From a candidate division WOR-3 bacterium (GTDB lineage Bacteria; Hydrothermota; Hydrothermia; B15-G9; WFZT01): 18,044 nucleotides of DNA. The translations under genes and the position numbers were made by a program. The notes below the pieces were generated by a model, which was not told the DNA's origin, ran no database searches, and saw nothing but the letters and a program-made list of their open reading frames with translations. Shown in pieces: positions 8,595-14,659 of the stretch (position 1 is its first letter; each line of letters opens with the position of its first letter). The stretch spans positions 1 through 18,044 of the forward strand of contig JALUEE010000019.1 in assembly GCA_027053075.1 (NCBI GenBank), written 5' to 3'.

Positions 8595-8690
8595 AGGCAC
8601 CTTCCCTCCGCCGGCATTACCCGGTTCAGGTTCAAGGGGTCGGCCCAGCGAGCCTTCTCAGCCAGCTTTCGCCAGCTCCCCCGGTGCCTG
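8595..8690 (-). ncRNA. TPP riboswitch (THI-box)
   Basis: The - strand reads AGGCACC-GGGGGAGC...GGCTGAGAAGG...GACCCCTTGAACCTGAACCGGGTAATGCCGGCGGAGGGAA-GGTGCCT. It has the conserved CTGAGA, ACCC..GAACCTGA, TAATGCC and GCG.AGGGAA elements and a 7-bp P1. Confidence 0.95.
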
Positions 8691-8697
8691 AATTTCT

Positions 8698-8726
8698 AAT
8701 ATACTTACCATTCAAAGACCTGTCAA
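8698..8726 (-). promoter_or_regulatory. Predicted sigma70 promoter of the TPP riboswitch/thi operon
   Basis: TTGACA (8726-8721), 17 bp, TATATT (8703-8698), ending 7 nt before the aptamer. Confidence 0.8.
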
Positions 8727-8754
8727 TGAAAGAGCTATTGAAAATGCTGCGTTG

Positions 8755-8800
8755 CCCCCCACCTGAATCCTCCCCCGCAAGTATTTTTGAGGGGGAGGAG
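8755..8800 (+). repeat. BoxC-like element, subfamily C
   Basis: CCCCCCACCTGAA-TCCTCCCCCGCAAGTATTTTTGAGGGGGAGGA. Confidence 0.65.
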
Positions 8801-8928
8801 ATTTTTTTCGCGTGAGAGCCAGTGAACGTCTGGACCAAAAGTGGCCCCTCAAAAGATTCATTTCCAGAGTTTTATATAAAAGAAATTTCAGTTGTTGCAC
8901 CTCACTTCTTCCAGCAATTTCGAAAGTA

Positions 8929-9048
8929 CTTCCCTCCCCCCGCTTGCAAGCGGGGGAGGGAAGTAAAGGGAGGGGGCTTTCCGCTTGAAATTTGAAAATC
9001 AATATGTAGCCCTCACCCCAACCCTCTCCCACTTCGTGGGAGAGGGAG
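8929..9048. repeat. Composite unit: reverse BoxC-like hairpin, TTCCGCTTGAAAT linker, forward subfamily A hairpin
   Basis: CTTCCCTCCCCCCGCTTGCAAGCGGGGGAGGGAAG...GGGGGCTTTCCGCTTGAAAT...CCCTCACCCCAACCCTCTCCCACTTCGTGGGAGAGGGAG. Confidence 0.8.
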
Positions 9049-9083
9049 ATTTATGGATTTTGATTTAAAAATTCAAGATGTAA

Positions 9084-9126
9084 CCCCATTCCACCCCAGC
9101 CCTCCCTTCCCCAAGGGAAGGAAGGG
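9084..9126 (+). repeat. BoxC-like tailed palindrome, subfamily B
   Basis: CCCCATTCCACCCCAGCCCTCCCTTCCCCAAGGGAAGGAAGGG, preceded by AAAAT..AGATGTAA as at 5521. Confidence 0.8.
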
Positions 9127-9264
9127 TAAAAAATCCTGAACTACTGGTCTTTTAGACAAGGCACTTTTACTCTCACCACATGAGATTTAAGTGGTAAATT
9201 ATTTTCGTACAGATTCATAGATTTATGGTCAATTTCACAGCTTAGACCTTATATTTTAGGTCTT

Positions 9265-10194
9265 ATGAAAAGGGCCCTAAAATTTCTCCTTCTTCTTATA
9301 CCGGTCATAATCGCATACTACCTTCTCAAGGATATTTACAAAAACTGGAGCCTCATTAAAGGATATGCGGTAAAAACAAATTACCTCTACCTTGCCTTGT
9401 CGTATCTGTCATTTGTTGTGGCCAATCTCTTTATGACGGGCATCTGGTTTATTCTGCTAAAAAAGCTCAAAGCTGCTGTAACTTTACCCGCGGCTATTTC
9501 CATCTGGGCTGTTTCGACGCTTGGAAAATACATTCCTGGTAAAGGATGGCAGTTTGTTGGAATTGTCTATATTGCGAAGAAGCTCGGGATAAACTACGAC
9601 GTTTCGATTACAGCATCTTTGATGGGCCAGATTTTGACAATTATAGCCGGTCTCGTGATCTCATTCTCCATTATAAAAACGCATGTGGCACCTGTTTTTG
9701 TCACAATTTTCATTGCATTTTCACTGATTTTCATTTACCCGAAATTTCTCAATATGATACTTGATGTTTTAAGAAAATGGACCAAAAAGAATATAGTTCA
9801 CGTTGACCTCACCATGAGGGACACACTTTTCGTAACGTTTCTCTATCTGATTGGCTGGCTTGTTTTTGGTTTATCCTTCAATCTGCTCCTTATGTCGATT
9901 CTTCCAGACTGGCCACTGAATATTCTCGAGTCTGCAAAGGTTTATGTTTCATCGTATCTTGTTGGGCTTTTTGCCATTTTTGTGCCCGGAGGGCTTGGAA
10001 TTAGAGAAGGAGTAATGGCTTATCTTCTGGCAAAATCCACTCCTGGCTACATGGCATCATTTATCTCAGTACTCGCCAGGCTTGTTGTTACCCTTGCGGA
10101 ATTGACACTTACTGGATTTGGCCTCGTTTATTTACATAAAAGGGGCATTTCGGTCTTTTTAAAACGACCGGATAACCGCGACGGGCACCTCTGA
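9265..10194 (+). CDS. Lysylphosphatidylglycerol synthase TM-domain / UPF0104 (putative flippase) membrane protein
   Basis: About 8 TM helices with the family motifs LGKYIPGK.W and FVPGGLGIREGVM. Confidence 0.8.
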   Translation: MKRALKFLLLLIPVIIAYYLLKDIYKNWSLIKGYAVKTNYLYLALSYLSFVVANLFMTGIWFILLKKLKAAVTLPAAISIWAVSTLGKYIPGKGWQFVGIVYIAKKLGINYDVSITASLMGQILTIIAGLVISFSIIKTHVAPVFVTIFIAFSLIFIYPKFLNMILDVLRKWTKKNIVHVDLTMRDTLFVTFLYLIGWLVFGLSFNLLLMSILPDWPLNILESAKVYVSSYLVGLFAIFVPGGLGIREGVMAYLLAKSTPGYMASFISVLARLVVTLAELTLTGFGLVYLHKRGISVFLKRPDNRDGHL

Positions 10195-11043
10195 AAATTC
10201 TACCACCTGCTCGGTAACACCGCCTACGATGAGTTTTTCAGATTTTGAACGGCCTTTGATACCCATCACAATGAGGTCAAATTTCTCCCTCGATGCTTCG
10301 AGGATTTTTTGTGGAGGCTCACCTTCAACAACCTCTGTTTCAACATCCTCGCCACCAAGTTCTTTTACAAGGTCCCCCAATTTTTTCCTTGCCTCATACT
10401 CCAAAGCAGAGATAAATTCATTGTAATCCAGTTCCACTTCATCGAGCAAATCCGGTGAGAACCTTGGGGGATGGATAACCGTAATGGCATGAACTTTTGC
10501 GCCAAGCTGTAAAGCAAACTTTAACGCAGCTTTTGAATATTCAGAAAAATCCACTGGCACCAGAACTTTCTCAATATGAATCCTGTCAATACGTGGCAGG
10601 AATTCGCCATCAACGAATACCATGTTAGTATGGAGTTTTCTAATGGCTTTATGAACAATCTTTGGGCTGATAAATCTGATTTTTCTGGATTTAACATGGT
10701 TTGGTAGCACGGCGAGTCCATTTCTGGCATTTACAAAGTTTATAAACTCATCAATGGGATGTCCTGAAGCAAGTTTCTTCCTGATGTTAATGGGGAAAAC
10801 CTTGTTGATTTCAGATATATACTCATCTATTAGTCTTCTGGCTTTAAGGAGTGCCCTTTCGTATGCCACTTCAATAGACTTGCCATATCCTCCGACTTCA
10901 AAGTAATCGTAACCAGTATGAAGTGTATGCATCAACGTGAGCTCAGCGTTGAAAATCTGTGCCAGACGTGCAGCGTAGGCTACGACTTTTAGCTCACATT
11001 CTCCAAAATCTATATAAACTATTACTTCCTTGATTTCGCTCAT
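10159..11043 (-). CDS. Tandem-domain universal stress protein
   Basis: Two Usp domains: VIVYIDFGE..., and KVLVPVDFSEYSKAAL...DLIVMGIKGRS.....GGVTEQVV....VPVAVI. Start at 11043 after SD AGGAGG is more likely than 11058. Confidence 0.9.
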   Translation of the reverse strand: MSEIKEVIVYIDFGECELKVVAYAARLAQIFNAELTLMHTLHTGYDYFEVGGYGKSIEVAYERALLKARRLIDEYISEINKVFPINIRKKLASGHPIDEFINFVNARNGLAVLPNHVKSRKIRFISPKIVHKAIRKLHTNMVFVDGEFLPRIDRIHIEKVLVPVDFSEYSKAALKFALQLGAKVHAITVIHPPRFSPDLLDEVELDYNEFISALEYEARKKLGDLVKELGGEDVETEVVEGEPPQKILEASREKFDLIVMGIKGRSKSEKLIVGGVTEQVVEFSEVPVAVIRSF

Positions 11044-11054
11044 TTTATTCCTCC

Positions 11055-11492
11055 TCATACTTCGATTATAAAAGTTACAGGCCCATCATTGACTAATGCA
11101 ACATGCATGTGAGCACCAAACTGGCCAGAGGACACGTTTATTCCCATCTCCCAGATGGTTTTTACAAACTGAGTGAACATGTGCATTGCCTTCCCTGGCT
11201 CCATTGCATTGTCGAAAGACGGACGCCTGCCCTTCTTGATATGGGACGCGACCGTGAAGTTTGGTACCACAAGAAGCTCGTAATTTCTGTCGAGAACTGA
11301 CTCGTTCATTTTCTCTTCACTGTCCTCGAAAATTCTCAAATTCAGGCATTTATCTACCATTTTTACAAGTTCTTTCGGGGTATCCTTCTTCTCGATACCA
11401 AGCAAAATGACTATTCCTCTGCCGATTGAGGCTATTTTTTTGCCTTCAACCCACACACTTGCCTCGTTAACCCTCTGAATGACAGCTCTCAT
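11055..11492 (-). CDS. dtd: D-aminoacyl-tRNA deacylase
   Basis: MRAVIQRV, LRIFED, KGRRPSF, GQFGAHM and NDGPVT (Gly-cisPro motif). Confidence 0.95.
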   Translation of the reverse strand: MRAVIQRVNEASVWVEGKKIASIGRGIVILLGIEKKDTPKELVKMVDKCLNLRIFEDSEEKMNESVLDRNYELLVVPNFTVASHIKKGRRPSFDNAMEPGKAMHMFTQFVKTIWEMGINVSSGQFGAHMHVALVNDGPVTFIIEV

Positions 11493-11495
11493 GGC

Positions 11496-13955
11496 TTACT
11501 CCATCATTTTTTTGATTTTCTCTTCAAGCTCATCAGGCCCAACCAATACCTGCCTTGGTTTTGAACCCTCTGGTGGACCCACTATCCCGGCCTCTTCAAG
11601 CTGGTCAATGATACGAGCCGCTCGGGCGAATCCGATCTTCAAGCGACGCTGTAAAAAGGTTGCTGACGCATTCTTTCTCTGGACAACAAGTCTTGCAGCA
11701 TCAAAGATGAGTGGATCGTATCCCTCGCCAAATCCTGAAATTTCCGTTGCCTCTTCATCCACAAGCAAATCGAAATCTTCGAGCTCCTTCATCTCCGGGT
11801 AGTATGTGGACTTGAGAAGATTGAGCTTTTGCCTCACCTCTTCCTCTGGCAAATGAAGTACTCTGGCGCCGCGCGAAATTAGAATTTCAAACCTTTCTTT
11901 GAGTCCGGGTTCGTCGCTGCGAGTTAGAGAGATGAGGAATCCTTTATGCAAAATCATGTCGATGAGCTCTGGAACATAAGGGTTATCACCAAATAGCTCT
12001 TTGAACCTATAGCTCAGGTACTCTTTTGTTATTTCACTGGAGATACGCTTGGTCTCTTCCTCTGAAATATAAGGTCCATGAAGTCTTACAGGCTCAGATG
12101 TCCCAGGGGGAATAAAAAGCATGTCACCCATTCCAAGGAGTTTCTCCGCCCCCATCTCGTCGAGAATTGTCTTTGAATCAACCCTCGAAGGCACCTTGAA
12201 TGCTATTCTCACAGGAAAGTTGGCCTTAATCATACCGGTGATTACATCAACCGAAGGCCTCTGTGTCGCAACAACAAGATGGATTCCCACAGCCCTTGCC
12301 ATCTGAGCAAGCTTGGCAAGAGGCTCCTCGATTTCTTTTCCGATAGTTAAAATTAGGTCTGCAAACTCATCAATGATTATTACAACATATGGGAGGGGTT
12401 CATCTCCTGGCCTGTCTTTCACTGTTTTATTGTGGCTTTCGATATCACGGACACCATCACGGGCGAAGTGTTTATATCTCAGGTCCATGAGGGCGACCAT
12501 TTTCTTGAGATTTTTAGCCGCTTCTTTCCTCTCTTTGATAACAGGCATGATGAGATGGGGAATTCCCTCATAAAACGAGAGCTCGATCCTTTTGGGGTCT
12601 ATCATCAGGAATCTTACTTCCTGGTAGCTTGCCCTAAAGAGGATGCTGGTAATTATGGTGTTGATGCAAACGGACTTACCTGAGCCGGTTGCACCAGCAA
12701 TAAGGAGATGAGGCATCTTCGCCAGGTCCGCATACCTCGGGAAACCTGCTGTATCAACTCCAAGGGCAAAGCTGAGCTTTGATTTAAGTTTTTTGAAGTC
12801 TTCTTGCTCGACGAGCTCCTTAAAATAGACGATTCTCCGTTTTTTATTGGGGACTTCGATGCCTATTAGACCTTTGTCCGGTAATGGAGCGATGATTCTA
12901 ATTTTATTTGATTTCATCCTCAGTGCGAGGTCATCGGAGAGACCCACAATTTTTGAAAGTTTCACGCCGGGGGCCGGCTCGAATTCGTATCTTGTAACGA
13001 CTGGCCCAGGGTAGTAGTTCACCACTCGGCCCTTTACATTAAATTCTCGTAATTTTTCCTCAATCAATCGAGCGTTTTTCTCACACTCTTCTTCGTTTGC
13101 CTCAGTTGTTGCGATAGGCTCATGTCGAAGCAGAGGAATAAGCGCCTCTGTCTTTGGCATAGGTGGGGATTCCACACGAGGGGCGTCCACGATTTCCGAC
13201 GAGCTTTCCTCTCTCACCTCATGGATTCCAAACTCGAGTGGCTCATTGGATGACTCTTCTGCAATAGAAGAGAGCTCTTCGAAAACGGATTTTTTCTCCT
13301 CGATTTTGGAAGGACGCTCCTCTTCTTGCTCTGTTTCTACCACCTCAATTTCTTCTTCGATCTGGTCGCTCTGGCGAGTGGTTTTCTGTGGCCTTTTCCT
13401 CGGTTTGGGAAGACTGATGGATGGGATTTTTACCGAAGGGAGCTTGAAGCCCTTGAATATCGGATAAATTGCAATAATAGCAAGAGCGAAAAACAGTATT
13501 GCAGAGACGGGCTTACCCAGATATTTTGAAATAAAGTCTGCTATCGCGACTATGGCGTCTCCACGTCTGAACCGGCCGGAAACGACGGACATACCCATGG
13601 CAAAAAAGATGGAAAGTAATAAAATCCCGAGAAGTATTCCAAAAAGGCGAGGCTTAAGTACACCGGCGATTCCCACCAGACTGAAGAAAAAGAAAAGTGT
13701 GGCGATGGTATAGGAAATCATGTATCCGAAATGGGTGATCATTTGATGGGCAATTTTATATCCCACGATGCCACCAAGATTTGATAGAACCGCCCCCTCT
13801 TTGAACGTTAATAGGCTTAAAAAAACCGCTATGCTAAGAATCCCAATAACAACATATCCGAAAATACGTAGAGCAGTCTTAAGCCTCACCATCGTGAGGT
13901 AGTAAACAGCGAACAACAATCCCAGAAGTATAAGAAAAATTGCGAGCTGAGCCAT
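11496..13955 (-). CDS. ftsK: DNA translocase FtsK
   Basis: N-terminal TM region, acidic linker, GPVVTRYE, PHLLIAGATGSGKS, IIDEFADL, GIHLVVATQRPSVDVITG and a C-terminal gamma domain (LQRRLKIGFARAARIID). Confidence 0.96.
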   Translation of the reverse strand: MAQLAIFLILLGLLFAVYYLTMVRLKTALRIFGYVVIGILSIAVFLSLLTFKEGAVLSNLGGIVGYKIAHQMITHFGYMISYTIATLFFFFSLVGIAGVLKPRLFGILLGILLLSIFFAMGMSVVSGRFRRGDAIVAIADFISKYLGKPVSAILFFALAIIAIYPIFKGFKLPSVKIPSISLPKPRKRPQKTTRQSDQIEEEIEVVETEQEEERPSKIEEKKSVFEELSSIAEESSNEPLEFGIHEVREESSSEIVDAPRVESPPMPKTEALIPLLRHEPIATTEANEEECEKNARLIEEKLREFNVKGRVVNYYPGPVVTRYEFEPAPGVKLSKIVGLSDDLALRMKSNKIRIIAPLPDKGLIGIEVPNKKRRIVYFKELVEQEDFKKLKSKLSFALGVDTAGFPRYADLAKMPHLLIAGATGSGKSVCINTIITSILFRASYQEVRFLMIDPKRIELSFYEGIPHLIMPVIKERKEAAKNLKKMVALMDLRYKHFARDGVRDIESHNKTVKDRPGDEPLPYVVIIIDEFADLILTIGKEIEEPLAKLAQMARAVGIHLVVATQRPSVDVITGMIKANFPVRIAFKVPSRVDSKTILDEMGAEKLLGMGDMLFIPPGTSEPVRLHGPYISEEETKRISSEITKEYLSYRFKELFGDNPYVPELIDMILHKGFLISLTRSDEPGLKERFEILISRGARVLHLPEEEVRQKLNLLKSTYYPEMKELEDFDLLVDEEATEISGFGEGYDPLIFDAARLVVQRKNASATFLQRRLKIGFARAARIIDQLEEAGIVGPPEGSKPRQVLVGPDELEEKIKKMME

Positions 13956-13962
13956 CTTGTTA

Positions 13963-13992
13963 AGTATAAGAAACCCCTGACATTTGTGTCAA
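13963..13992 (-). promoter_or_regulatory. Predicted ftsK promoter (leaderless) with an overlapping TGACA-N4-TGTCA palindrome
   Basis: TTGACA (13992-13987), 18 bp, TATACT (13968-13963), 7 nt, ATG (13955). No SD is present. The palindrome lies at 13978-13991. Confidence 0.65.
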
Positions 13993-14200
13993 ACTATGAC
14001 GTTTTTAACGATAACCATCCCATCGAAATAACTGCTTGGGGAAGTGGACAATTTTGTGACATCCTCTCAGCCTTTGAAACTGAGACTTGTAAAAATTTTG
14101 TTAGCGATGTTTCAATCACTTCATGGATACTTTCCAATAGCACCGGGAGGGATGGAATTCGTGAAAGTAGTTTTATTTTTGGACACGGTTACAAAATCTC

Positions 14201-14450
14201 AAGCTTGTTCTAAAATGTTATCTCAGTCTTTCATTATTCACGGAGTGTGAGATGATGAAAAACGTGCTATTAGGTGATTCAGGTCTTTTCACCCTCCCTT
14301 CCCTCCGGGAAGGGAGGGTCGGGGTGGAATGGGGAAATTATTGTCGGCAAAACATTGGGTACCTTCAATTTTACCATAGATTGGCACCGAGGTTATAAGA
14401 ATCTGTTGGGAAAGGTAGCAACTAAAAATTTAGGATTTTCGAACAGGCTC
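14201..14450. mobile_element. Putative MITE-like element related to 461-976
   Basis: AAGCTTGTTCTAAA (14201-14214) and TTTCGAACAGGCTC (14437-14450) are imperfect inverted ends. The last 62 bp are homologous to 461-521, and the element contains a BoxC-like hairpin. Confidence 0.45.
14292..14334 (-). repeat. BoxC-like tailed palindrome, subfamily B (reverse orientation)
   Basis: CCCTCCCTTCCC-TCC-GGGAAGGGAGGG-TCGGGGTGGAATGGGG on the + strand. Confidence 0.8.
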
Positions 14451-14458
14451 AGATTTTG

Positions 14459-14487
14459 TTGACAGAAGGGTAGGTTTTTGTTAAATT
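14459..14487 (+). promoter_or_regulatory. Predicted sigma70 promoter of tRNA-Glu
   Basis: TTGACA (14459-14464), 17 bp, TAAATT (14482-14487), with an extended -10 TG. Confidence 0.75.
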
Positions 14488-14501
14488 ATAGACCTGATTG
14501 T

Positions 14502-14573
14502 GGCCCCATCGTCTAATGGCTAGGACACCGCTCTTTCAAGGCGGCGGCGGGGGTTCGAATCCCCCTGGGGCCA
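14502..14573 (+). tRNA. tRNA-Glu (anticodon TTC); CCA not encoded
   Basis: Acceptor stem GGCCCCA/TGGGGCC, D-arm GTCTAATGGCTAGGAC, anticodon arm CCGCT-CTTTCAA-GGCGG, T-arm GGGGG-TTCGAAT-CCCCC and discriminator A followed by CTTTTTT. Confidence 0.95.
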
Positions 14574-14623
14574 CTTTTTTATTAGCCGTAAATTTCGGGA
14601 GATTTTATTAGGAAGGAAAATTA

Positions 14624-14652
14624 GGGGGCGCGCCGCGAAGCGGCGCGCCCCC
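14624..14652. terminator. 13-bp GC hairpin between convergent tRNA-Glu and the secreted-protein gene
   Basis: GGGGGCGCGCCGC-GAA-GCGGCGCGCCCCC, 7 nt from the stop codon at 14660, with AT-rich flanks. Confidence 0.65.
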
Positions 14653-14659
14653 CTTTATA

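Noticed and set aside
14292..14334. GGGNAGGG (KOPS-like) octamers in the repeats near ftsK
   Set aside because: They occur on both strands as part of the palindromes, so they show no polarity. The KOPS sequence of this lineage is unknown and proximity to ftsK is not informative.
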